From Octopus bimaculoides (Eukaryota), in assembly GCF_001194135.2 (NCBI RefSeq), contig NC_068981.1:159430385-159484401 (forward strand): DNA of 54,017 bases, in the 5' to 3' direction. The translations under genes were made by a program, and so were the position numbers. Every line of letters starts with the position of its first letter. The first letter of the stretch is position 1. Shown one piece after another: positions 37,271 to 49,452 of the stretch. The notes under the pieces were generated by a model. That model was not told where the DNA came from and made no database searches. It worked only from the letters and a program-made list of their open reading frames with translations.

Positions 37271-39944
37271 TTGGCATCTGTATTTTAGGGAGTTGTAGTG
37301 GGGACGAGATGAATCAGGATTTCTGACGTTCGTATCTTCACCGAGTGTTAAAACTGAATAAGCCTCGATGCGTTAGAGACAAATTTCTCCCGTAAACTGC
37401 TCGCAACAATATAACATATAGGTGAAAAGGGCAGCGTCTTTTCGCATAACCTTTGAAATAGGCGAGAAGAAAGGGAGAAAGATACGTCTCGTAGGTTGTT
37501 TAGACCAGTGGCTCTCAACCTATCCCCTTTGCTTTTTTTTTTTTTGTGGTGGAGTCTGGCTCAGAACCCCTTTTACCGCGTTGCATATCTAAAAATAAAT
37601 GATAAATGATGAAATAATAAATGATAAAATATATATTTCAATCAAGCAAAAGTTAATTTTGTGCAGTGTTTCTTATCCATGCTTTTTTATGCTGTCTCAT
37701 CCAGCTTGTGCCTCATTTTAGATATCTTCGTAGATTATTGCCCCACGTTAATTTTTTTTTTTAATTTCCATAGCGAAGATTTATATAATAAAATTATACT
37801 GGATCTTGGCGTGTTATCAGTTTGGTTTCTACACACAGATAACGCAACCCTTCTCATATTCTAACCCTGACTCTGATTTTTTTTTTTAATGGAATTAAAT
37901 ATATAAGCATTGTATCTGGTTTGAATATTTTAGTTTTAAGAAAAATTACGACCCTTTTAAATGCAGTATCTACCATAGCATCTTGACACTTTCCGCCTTT
38001 TTGTGAGGGTACGAATGCTCGCGATAAGAAGCATTGCTGTAGACCGAAGCAGGGTATTTCAATCGGTCCGATTCTGCATGCAACAAAATGTTTTTGTTTA
38101 ACTTAATTTGGTACAAAAATACCAATTCTAGAGCAAATCTCAAATCTAAGTCAATTTTAACCAGAAATAAGAGGAATGACCAGTAAAAGTGGACTCCTAT
38201 ATGCTCCACTTTTGCTGGTCATTCCTCTTATTTCTGTATGTAATATAATTTTAATCTTCGGATTTTTTTAATATGCTAGACCACTGGTTTTAATTGATTA
38301 ATATCAATTTCTACCCTCATTAATCAATTTTAACCAGTTTATCTTTAATACTCATGTAAATGCTTATGGATATTTTCAATGTTTATGTAACTCACAAGGA
38401 CCGTCTTTGAGTGACAAAGCAATCGGAAAGTTCTAATGGTGACTCGGATAATATATTCAACTACAAAATGCTTATTATCTCTATACATTTAATTTCGTCA
38501 AAAGAGAAAGATTGCGCCTGAGACTTTCGCAAACCATCCCGTGATCAGCAAGATCAACGTGGCTAATGTTCCTCACGAACATTTGTAAGTTGACAGTTGC
38601 AGGAATACGTGGACAGGCAAGCGACTCTAGAGGGAAGATGTTTTGGAGAGTAAGGAATGAGCATAGTCGTTACTTTGGAGTCTAGAGTAGATACAATATG
38701 GATAACGAGAAAAAAGGAGAAGTTAGAAATGCTTGAATGAAGTTGGTACAAAATAAACCGGCTTCGGAGAGCATAAGCCTTTGTGTAAGTAGTTGAAAAG
38801 ACAATGCAGGGACTGGTATCACCAAACATTACATATTAAGTAATATAAAGTTATTACTTTATTACATTACCAATCTAGTAATGCGTCTATGTTCAACCAC
38901 TAACAGACAAAAACATTAAACTCTAATGAAATCATCATATTAATGAGATAATTATGAAATACTGCAGGACTGGGAAAAGAGCTGGGCGATAAAAATTAAC
39001 GTTCACTCAAAGCACGAAGACACCGTAACCATTTCTGAAGAAAATTTATATTACAATTGACCGAAAATTACATCACTATTGAACAATAAAATATCATAAT
39101 AGTGAAACGGCTATAGAGGATAGTTGACCCAGTGGATAAAAGAAAAGGTAACTCAAAACAATAGGTGCATGGAAGAAAAACAATATCAATTAATGACTAA
39201 TATTGTTTTGATCATTTTGGCAAGTACAGCAGACAACTACAGACATGTTTCGGTCTTACTATGCGCTCATTAGATTAGTGACGCATAGATTTCACCTTAC
39301 TTTCTCAAGTATGTAGATAAATGTAGAAAAATATAATCTTTTTAGAGAACACATAAAAAATATTAATCAGTGAAATAATGTTTTCGTAATTCTTTAATTA
39401 TCTCTAATTAGCTTTTAAATGATCACAATATCAAATATGTTAACACTAACTTTGCTGGTTGATTAAAATATTTGAACACTGATTAATGGCTACACACGTA
39501 CGTATATACATACACGCAGATGTGTACATGCGCGTGTGTATGTGTGTAATTAACGTCATAAGCAATCTATTGATAGTCGACCGATGACTGTCCATATAAA
39601 ATATTATGAGTCATATTATAAGAGCTGAATCGATTTCTTTCACTAGTTTCTGTCCTGAGTTGTTGTGGTCGTGCTGTGGGTATCGATCTCCAAGCTCTTC
39701 ATTGAACATTTATTAATATCTTTAAAACTGAGCCAGACCGTACCCCGATTTCCCGTACCACTATACTATTGTGAACAAAGTATTTGTCTGGCTAACCGTG
39801 TTTCTTCTATTCACTGAACATAACCAGGCCAGGGAGATTTCATTGTAGCAGCATCTCTTTCTTACCCAGGAGCTTGGCTTTCTTTAGGACAAAGTCATTA
39901 CTGACTCTGTATTTCCACGTGGTCTTTATATATCTCTGGTGTTT

Positions 39945-40085
39945 TATCAGGAATACTGTCCATCTTCCTGGTCAGAGGAGACCTAGAAGCAATAGTGGCT
40001 AAGGGGTGGTTCCACATTCCTCAAAGCTCTGCAAGTCCTCAACCAAATCCCCACTACTGGATGCAGTTTAAAGTCATACCTAGAA
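39945..40085 (+). repeat. Retroposon-like 3' fragment, family E
   Basis: GCAATAGTGGCTAAGGGGTGGTTCCAC...CCACTACTGGATGCAGTTTAAAGTCATACC; an inverted paralog lies at 40575-40700. Confidence 0.65.
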
Positions 40086-40574
40086 CTAATACACATACAT
40101 ACATACATACATACATACATACATACATACATACATACATACATACCTGCACGCATGCATACAGTGTGCTTGTTGATTCACAGTCACTTTCGCAACCTTC
40201 CGAATGCCGAACTTCTCTTTCTTAATCTACTGTCTAGTTTATCGTTAAGTCTACCATCGTTACTGATAACACCGCACATGAAATCTTCAGCATCACCAGT
40301 GACATACTTCTGCCTTATTTCCACAGTTTCTTGCGGAATATCTCCGGACTGATCCAGGAGAGAGATTCTTTATTTTATTGAACTTCATTTTTACCCCGCT
40401 AAGTCAAGTACCGGGAAATGTTAATACCACACAATCTGTATTTCAGCCTCTTGGAGGATGCGAGAATGAGGGCAGAAACAAAGCTTCAGACTGAATGCAT
40501 GCGTGAATGTCCGAGCGATTCATGAACAGGGATTATACATGAAAAATATATACTATGTATGTATATATGTATTT

Positions 40575-41200
40575 ATGCCCTGGGTATGACTTTAAACTGC
40601 ATCGGATAGTGGGTGGTGGTTCGGGAGTTCCAGAGGTATGGAATCACCTCTTACCCACTATTGCTCTCATGTCTACTCCCATCTGAAGTCGTAGTATCTG
40701 TCAGGGCCTCGGCTATGAGCTAATTAGCATATGTGATGACAATCTAGTTGAGTTTGTGGACGCAGAAATATCCTGGTTTGGTGTTAGAGTACCGCAGCAA
40801 AAACCAGGAGTAAGGGTCCCCTAACTATTGCTAAAACATCCTTTTAGAAAAGGAACCCCCTGGTAAAAAAAACGTGTGGTTTCATGTGGTTACTGGTATC
40901 CTTGCTTTGGCCTGTCATTCGGTACAAACCACGGAGTCTCAGGGAGTGGTACTCGTGTTGTACAAGCGTTTATTACTATAATCCAACGATGTATTGACCT
41001 CATTTGTCATTCCATCTACTGAAAGTCCAATGGCGATGGAAGAATGGCACCGTGTGCTGACCTAATCAGTAGGAAGCGCACAGTAAGTTACAACTTTCGT
41101 CTGTCACTTAAGCTTCAAATTATGCAGATCTGCAGTGGGACTGAACAGAAATGCCTTTGACAACAAGGAATCACAAGGAGATGGCAATCATCTGTGAAGA
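40575..41200 (-). repeat. Longer family E element
   Basis: Reverse complement ends GCAATAGTGGGTAAGAGGTGATTCCATAC...CCACTATCCGATGCAGTTTAAAGTCATACCCA. The upstream extent is approximate. Confidence 0.5.
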
Positions 41201-41943
41201 TGAAGAGCATATGTACATTTATGGACACACTGTAGAAATATGTTTGCCGACTGGCGTGTGCTTCATGAAAGTACGCTAATCAGCCGGAGTGTACACGCGA
41301 GCGTGTGCCGAGGACGATTGCACGCGAGTGGGCTATGGTATGCACGTGAGGATGCGTGAAAACTCAAGCATGCAAAGTATATTCGAAGGGACATACTGAT
41401 GAGGTGATAAACATGCATTTAATTATTTCTCTATTCATTAATTATATATTCATTATTCACTTTATTTATTTATTTATTCATTCATTTTGTGTTTATTATC
41501 CACTATTTGTACATGCAGAGAGCATGGGCTTCGTTTATGTAATTATGCTCATACACGTATACTAAGTGATGTAGCCGGTATGTTGATGAGTACATGGACA
41601 AGAGTGTGTGTGCACAAACGAACCAAATAGATTAGTTATAAGTTCGCATGTTGTGTTACCAATTTCAACTGTAAAACTACAGACTCGAATGTAAGTTATC
41701 TCTCTTTGATTCTAATTATTAATTTAAATTAGTTTAAATTTTAGTTCTAATGTCGAAGCTATCCTTTCCTCTCTATTAACGTCACTCCAATGCAAGATTT
41801 CTACCAATCATTCCGAAGAGTATATTCTACTCAGTATACTGCTTGCTTTTTGTGTGTTACTCATCAAAATGGTTAACTGAAGATTCAAGTGTATATTATG
41901 CTGGATAAAACTGACAGTGTTCGCCAGACCGAATTACAAATAG

Positions 41944-41945
<2 letters not shown>

Positions 41946-42034
<89 letters not shown>

Positions 42035-42044
42035 CGCGCGTATA

Positions 42045-42077
<33 letters not shown>

Positions 42078-42086
42078 TACGCACAC

Positions 42087-42126
<40 letters not shown>

Positions 42127-42165
42127 GTTCTTGTTCTTGTTGTCGTTATCATTATTATTATTAGT
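41946..42165. repeat. Compound microsatellite (GT)n-(GC)n-(TA)n-(GA)n-(TAT)n
   Basis: Directly visible. Confidence 0.95.
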
Positions 42166-42354
42166 AAAGATTTATTTTTGGACCTTTACTCTGAGTTTCA
42201 CATTAGCGGTTATTCAAACGTTTGAATAATCAGTAACATTATCAAAGTTGCGATCCAAGAAACTTCATCCACGAATACAATATACGGACATTAGTTATAT
42301 AAGCACTTATATGGCAACCTTTCATGCCTCTATAACCAAATGATTCGACAAATA

Positions 42355-42528
42355 TTCTTTTATTCTTTTACTTGCTTCAGTCATTTGACTGCGGCCATGC
42401 TGGAGCACCGCCTTGGAGGGTTTTAGCCGAACAAATCCACCCCAGGACTTAGTATTTGTAAGTCGAGTACTTATTCTATCGGGGTCTTGCCGAACCGCTA
42501 AGTTACGGGGACGTATACACACCAACAT
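42355..42528 (-). mobile_element. SINE family A, 3' half
   Basis: CTTGCTTCAGTCATTTGACTGCGGCCATGCTGGAGCACCGCC...CCGCTAAGTTACGGGGACGT. Confidence 0.88.
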
Positions 42529-43958
42529 ACTGTTTATAAATTAATAAAGGACTGAACCAGTGCGTGTGTTTATTACCGGCATAATGCCTCTCCCAAGGTT
42601 TAATTGTATGTTATTGTTCAGTTTTATTTCAAGATTTCTTGCCAATAGAGAAAGAGTGGGTTTCTAACCTAGATCCAAGGTTCCTTCATTAGAATTTCAA
42701 CATCAACAACAGGGTATTTTTGTTTGTTTGTATGTATGTATGTATGTATGTATGTATGTATGTATGCATGCATGCAAACAAATATGTATACACACACATG
42801 CACATACACATCTTCATATGTATGTGTACACACACACACATGTAAATATGTATATATGTATGTATGTAAATTTATATACAAATACAGATATAGTCACATA
42901 CACATACACTCTCCAACTCACTTGTTTATGTTTACAGACGATAGAAAAGAGCACTTAATGCACAGTGTTTATATTTATTGGAAATTAAATTATAAGTTTA
43001 TACGATAATTTAAGTTTATATAAGTTATCTTTGTAGGAAATTAGGGTTCATGTTGACATTATTACCTGAAACGAAATTTTTAAAAAATAGTGCAACGGGT
43101 GTTAAAAAAAGGTGTAGAAAACGAATATGGAAACAAAAATGCGTGGAAAGCAACTGGAAAATGCGGAAAAGTCACAAGATGCATATACGATCGTTCAGGC
43201 AATATATGATAAATTGTTGAAGCAAGCCTGATTCTTATTGATCAAGCAGGGTCACGTGGTCGAATATGATGGGGCTGCTGGACTTCTATTGGGCTGGACT
43301 TATATAGTGCAATGGAAACACATAGACCAAACAAGTCTTCGAAAAGAGCAGGCATCTTGAATTGCTTGTTACAGATTAGCTGTAACAAGCAATTCGGAAC
43401 AAAAGCATTTGGAATGAAAGGTCTTTAATTTTCAGGAGTATGGAAGCTGTCTAAAAAGAAATTCCTCCAATGACGGCAGTTAGATAACTTTGTTCTTCGG
43501 TTAGGTGATATCGCTGGCTGTTTTTATATAGTTAGAAAAAGCTTATCGTTTTGTCATCCGCTGAAATAGTGGTTTTCGCTGATAAAGCCACCCCATACTC
43601 ATTGGAATCACGTTGGAATTTATGTATATTTGGTATCTTCTTTTAGCTTTCAGTCCTGGAGTTATTTCTAGAAAGTTAGCTATTATTAAGTTAGTGTTAA
43701 CATGTATGTTAAACTCCGTAAACATTCATATCAATATCATTCGAAATGTATCTATGACGTAGTTACTTGTATTGTATGGCATTGCTTATCTGTCATCTCT
43801 ATACAAACTGGATCTACGAAGATGGTACGAACCGGATGAGACGCAAAATAAGATCAAAAGAGAAATTAAAAGCCCGTTGCGTTACGGACTAAGCTTATTG
43901 AACCATTGAGGTTACTCGCCGCTAACAAGGAAGTATGCACACACACACACACACATCG

Positions 43959-44292
43959 GAGACCTCCTTCGGTCACGAATGACCATGAGATTGTACCTAG
44001 AAAGTTACCCTCCAAGGCACAAGTCCGGGCAATATGATTTATGGAAGACCAGCAGTCGCCCATGCATACCAGTCTCCCCTCTCCACGCTACCGATGTTAT
44101 CCAAGGGAAAGGCAAAGGTCGATACAGCTTGGCACCAGTGACGTCGCAACTCATTTCTACAACTGAGTGAACTGGAGCAACGTGAAATAAAGTGTCTTGC
44201 TCAAGAACACAACACGCAACCCGGTCCGGGATTCGAACTCACAACCTGATGGTCATAAGTTCGACGCTCTAACCACTGAGCCACGCGCCTTC
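43959..44292 (-). mobile_element. tRNA-derived SINE family C variant, young
   Basis: Intact A-box TGGCTCAGTGG and B-box GTTCGAATCC, then TTGTGTTCTTGAGCAAGACACTTTATTTCACGTTGCTCC; the distinct 3' body ends in (GT)n. Confidence 0.92.
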
Positions 44293-44688
44293 ACATACAT
44301 ACATACATACATACATACATACATGTATATATATATACAGTAAATATCGGTACCTTGTACCACTCTTATGAATTTATATATATATATATATCTTTCTACT
44401 TGTTCTACCATACATTTCAGCGCCTCGAAAAACAAACTTGTTTGTTTACATACGGCGTAACCTATACGACATCTAGCGTTCCTGGATGATTCTATAACTT
44501 CTTAAATTGCAGAAGAATTTGGCGGTCAGGCTGTTTAGCTTAAATGGAAAAGCATTCTAACCGGATATTAGAGGGATGTGATTTCGATCCTCATGGCTGG
44601 CTGCCGACAAATTTTTCTCCTTTTTAAAAAGGAAAAAAAGGATTTTATCCTTTATATTTTAGTGGAAAGTGGGTTATACATCATTAGA

Positions 44689-47081
44689 TGTATCCTGACT
44701 TTCCTATATAATATTAAGAATTAACGGAACGCTGAACTCCAGACTATCAACACAAACAACATTTATTCAAGGTGGAATATATACATCTTTAGCTCTTGTT
44801 TGTTGAGACGTCTTCTGTGTGTGTGAGCATGGTTGTTGGGACGTTGGTATGTAGATGTGAGCGAGCTGTCTAGCGTAAGTTCGAAAGGTGGAGAGAGACA
44901 GCTAAACACGTCCTTGCTCAATCGCTGGCCAGCAAGAAAGAGACAGAATGAAGCGAGAAAGCTTGGTTGTTGAANNNNNNNNNNNNNNNNNNNNNNNNNN
45001 NNNNNNNNNNNNNNNNNNNNNNNNNNNNNNNNNNNNNNNNNNNNNNNNNNNNNNNNNNNNNNNNNNNNNNNNNNNNNNNNNNNNNNNNNNNNNNNNNNNN
45101 NNNNNNNNNNNNNNNNNNNNNNNNNNNNNNNNNNNNNNNNNNNNNNNNNNNNNNNNNNNNNNNNNNNNNNNNNNNCAGCGTTACTACAGGGCTCCCTTGC
45201 CAGTGCGGAACGCACGATAATATGAAATTTTGTTGGAACGCCTGAGGCAGGATGGCCACTGAAAACCACCCACAAGATGTAGCACAAACACACACAAAGA
45301 AAAATGAAAGAAATGAAATGTACACTCGTGTGATACATGCATGCAATGTACAAATTGAAGGAATGAAAGAAAAACATGCAATATGGGCAGTAAATGCCAC
45401 CTAGTAAAAAACAAATGAGACAATGAGAAAACAAATCGTGGTGACTACTGTCCAGGAACTGGAATCACGGAATGTGAAAGTCTGAGTGTTTGTTTTTACT
45501 GAAAGGAAAGAAAATGTATGAGTGCACAAGTGTGTGGGGGAGAAAAAAAAAACAGAACATATTAAAAGTTAAACAAGGAAATTTGGAATGTTAATACGCA
45601 GGAAGTCGTGGTCAGTGAGCAGAGCTATAGTTGAGCATCAATGCGAGATTGCGACCGGTTACCTGGTACTAAACATCCAAGTCTGCTAGCTCTGAATGTT
45701 GTGCGTGAGTGGATAAATTCCACTCCACAGTGAAGATAAAACCGAGTGTGTTTATATGGTGTGTCCCTGGTGGTGGGGTTGTTGGCGCACGACATTGTGG
45801 TAGACAGTACATTGATGGTGAAGACGTCGGCGCAGGAACTGTAATATAGCTGTGTTCTGTATGTATGGTGGTAATGATGATGACAGTGGTAATGATGTCC
45901 TGTTGAAACTTGGCGACGTCGGGGGAATGCTTGTAGTTGGTAGTAGTAGTTGTTGTCGTCGCGGTGGTAATCTTGGTTGAACGAAGCTGGTGGCGAAAAG
46001 GCTGCTCGGTGATGATGGTGTTTGAAGAGGTGCGCTTTTACAGACGGTCGACAGACAAATCTCTGTATGATCATTAGCGAAAACCGCGAAGAAAAATTTT
46101 CTTAACCCAAGATGAAAAAACGACCGTGCGAACTCAAAAAGGAGAAATGGTGACGAATGGAAAAACAGAGGACTCCTTTTATTTAAACGTGTCACACGGT
46201 CGAACACAAAATAATATATCATAGATGATATACCAAATAATGTTATACGACGATAACATAAATAGCCAGTAACGAGACGATAAAAGATGATAAACACAAC
46301 CGTATAAAATGAATAACAAGAGATATTTAGTGTGGCATAAAGATGTATGTGTATGTGAGAGTGTGAATGCGACATATAAGAACATAATAAAAGACAGGCC
46401 GTCTATNNNNNNNNNNNNNNNNNNNNNNNNNNNNNNNNNNNNNNNNNNNNNNNNNNNNNNNNNNNNNNNNNNNNNNNNNNNNNNNNNNNNNNNNNNNNNN
46501 NNNNNNNNNNNNNNNNNNNNNNNNNNNNNNNNNNNNNNNNNNNNNNNNNNNNNNNNNNNNNNNNNNNNNNNNNNNNNNNNNNNNNNNNNNNNNNNNNNNN
46601 NNNNNNNNNNNNNNNNNNNNNNNNNNNNNNNNNNNNNNNNNNNNNNNNNNNNNNNNNNNNNNNNNNNNNNNNNNNNNNNNNNNNNNNNNNNNNNNNNNNN
46701 NNNNNNNNNNNNNNNNNNNNNNNNNNNNNNNNNNNNNNNNNNNNNNNNNNNNNNNNNNNGACTTTCCTATATAATATTAAGAATTAACGGAACGCTGAAC
46801 TCCAGACTATCAACACAAACAACATTTATTCAAGGTGGAATATATACATCTTTAGCTCTTGTTTGTTGAGACGTCTTCTGTGTGTGTGAGCATGGTTGTT
46901 GGGACGTTGGTATGTAGATGTGAGCGAGCTGTCTAGCGTAAGTTCGAAAGGTGGAGAGAGACGGTTAAACACGTCCTTGCTCAATCGCTGGCCAGCAAGA
47001 AAGAGACAGAATGAAGAGGGAAAGCTTGGTTGTTGAATTCCACGCATGCGTGAGACTACGCATGCGCATAGCGTTACTACA
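44689..47081 (-). mobile_element. Non-autonomous Gypsy-like LTR element (TRIM/LARD-like)
   Basis: Direct repeats 44697-44974 and 46760-47037 differ at 4 of 278 nt. Minus-strand termini TGTAGTAAC...GATACA, AATAAA in the LTR, PPT-like GGCAAGGGAGCCC before the 3' LTR. No gag/pol motifs seen; the PBS would fall in the gap. Confidence 0.8.
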
Positions 47082-47344
47082 ATATCTATACTGTTCAGTA
47101 TCTATGCGTTGAATAAAATATATCTTTCTACTTGTTATATATATATATATATATATATATATGGTCACTTGATCTGTTATATATATATGGTCGCTCGGAC
47201 CGTTAGAAATACCAACCATCTTACCCTTTAAAAACGGGACACGTTAGGTAATACAAGTTTAGATATATTGATAGACAGAAAAGTATTGGATGGTCGCGGT
47301 TGGAATAACTCGAATGGAGGTAAACAATAGCAATAAACGTTAAC

Positions 47345-47545
47345 CATTGTTGTTGTTATTTCGTCCCAATTCAGCCATGATCAGATTTACAATTAAAAGT
47401 ATTTCAACTATGATCATGTCATCTTTTCTCTTTCTGGCATAATGCAATATGCGACTATATTATCCGATGTGCCATTCGTATTTCATAAAATACATTAAAA
47501 AGTGATTTGACTGAAGATTTGGCTGCTATTTTTAGCAGGTCTCCA
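47345..47545 (-). repeat. Dispersed repeat family D copy
   Basis: TTGTTGTTGTT...GATTTGGCTGCTATTTTTAGCAGGTC. Confidence 0.65.
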
Positions 47546-47939
47546 CTGTTGGCGCAGTGTTAACCATTAATATATCTTGATGTGTTTTATGGGAAATGCT
47601 GGAATTTTCACAACCATAACCTATGGGAACCAGACCAAAAAATATTGTATCGTAATTGTTTATCTCTGTAAAGTATTGAATGAACACTCTGTCTATAACA
47701 ATTAATTTAATTACATCAAGTGATAATAGACCGAATGAAATTACGGATGCATCGAGAAAATTATAATTGTCGTTAATGTTCGGGTCCCTTTCCGGCTTCC
47801 GCCATCACCACCAAAATAAAAATAATACATTCGATGTAACACGGATCATTAACCTTTATTTTACTACTTATGGCAATAAATGTATCCGAATATATTTGAA
47901 AAAAATATTAACTAAACCTTTCTTTGAGTTGTGAATTAC

Positions 47940-48092
47940 TCGACTCGATAGAAAATAGCGACTAGATTTCCCTTAAATCTCACATTGGTCAATGCAATCT
48001 TGAATACTCCTAAAATAGACTGGATGATCCTCGGTGGAATCCCTTCGATCATAGGCCTGCTCAGTCAGGGCTGACAAGGAACTAAACAACAA
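47940..48092 (+). repeat. Dispersed repeat family D copy
   Basis: CTCGATAGAAAATAGCG...TTCGATCATAGGCCTGCTCAGTCAGGGCTGACAAGGAACTAAACAAC. Confidence 0.7.
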
Positions 48093-48095
48093 ATA

Positions 48096-49452
48096 ATATT
48101 GGTTTCAAATTTTGACACAAGGCAGTAAGTTCGAGGGCGGGGGCTAAGTGGATTACGCGTACAAATGGTACTTATTTTATCAATCTCGGCGGAACTTGAA
48201 CTCAGAACGTAAAGACAGACGAAATGCCGCTAAGTATTTTGCTCGGCGCGGTAACGATTCTGCTAGCTCGCCGCCTTAACTGCTATAATAATATTGATCT
48301 CGAAATTTGGCACAAGGCCAGCAAGTTCAGTGGAGTGAGCAAGTTGATTATATAGACCCTAGTGCTCAAGTGGTACTCATTTTATCGATCCCGAAATGAT
48401 GAAAGGCAAAGTCCACCTCGGCGGAATTTCAACTCAGAACGTAAAGACGGACGAAAGCTACTATAATAATTATCAAATGTTAATCAACCGTTCAACCCTT
48501 TAACATTGATTTCTAAAAAAAAGGCATAAAGACAGATATTTAGAAAGAGAATGGGGGGGGAGAAGAGAGCGAACGAAAACTTAATTAAATCGGTCCCTGT
48601 ACTCGTCTGGTATTTTAGTTTATCGCTCTCGGAAGGATAAAAGGCAAAGTTGACCCCTCGGCAACATTATAACTCAGAACTTAAAGGGTCGCAACAAAAT
48701 ATCGCATATTTAGCTACGAACAAATATTATGTCGGACATTCTTAACGATTCTGCGAATCCATCGCCCCAGACTTTTAATATTGTTTTTCGAGGGCACAAG
48801 ACCTGCAAGCTCGGGGTGGGGGTAAGTCGATCACATTTATTCCAGTGTTCAATTGGTACTTATTTCTTATTTTATCGACCCCGTAAAATGCAAGGCAAAG
48901 TTGACCTCAGTGGGATTTGAAGTCAGAACGTGAAGACGAATGAAATGCCGCAGAGCAATTCGCCCAGCGTCCTAACGATTCTGCCAGCTCGCCGCTTTCT
49001 TCAAACTTTTAATATTCCTTTCTACTAAAGGCACAAGGCCTGAAATTTGGTGGGAGGGGACTAGTCGACTACATCAACCCCAGTGTTCCATTGGTACTTA
49101 ATTTATCTACCCAGATAAGATGAAAAGCAAATCGACTTCGGCGGAATTTGAACTCAGAATGAAAAGACGGACAAAATACCGCTAAGCATTTTGTTCAGCG
49201 TACAAGCAATTCTGCCAGCTCGACACCTTCTTCAAACTTTTAATATGCTTTTCTACTCTAGGCACAAGGCCCCAAAATTTTGGGGGAGGAGTCCAGTCGA
49301 TTAGATCGATCCCAGTACGCAACTGTTACTTAATTTATCGACCCCGAAAGGTGAAGTCGACCTCGGCGGAATTTGAACCCAGAACGTAATGACAGATTAA
49401 ATACACTAAGCAATTCGTCTGACGTGCTAACGTTTCTGCCAGTTCGCTGCCT
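48096..49452 (-). mobile_element. Head-to-tail array of six SINE family B copies
   Basis: Units at about 48096-48277, 48290-48460, 48508-48767, 48783-48997, 49017-49228 and 49247-49452, each with GAACTCAGAAC / CTTATTTTATCG / GGCACAAGGCC-like motifs. Confidence 0.9.

Noticed and set aside
37506-38286. Possible second Charlie-type MITE (CAGTGGCTCTCAAC...ACCACTG)
   Set aside because: The right TIR is poor and the flanks GTTTAGAC/GTTTTAAT match only 5/8, so the boundaries are unsupported.
41395-41415. CTGATGAG hammerhead core
   Set aside because: No stem II or GAAA follows.
44215-44292. tRNA gene-like sequence with intact A and B boxes
   Set aside because: It continues directly into a SINE body shared with other copies and lacks a proper acceptor stem, so it is a SINE head.
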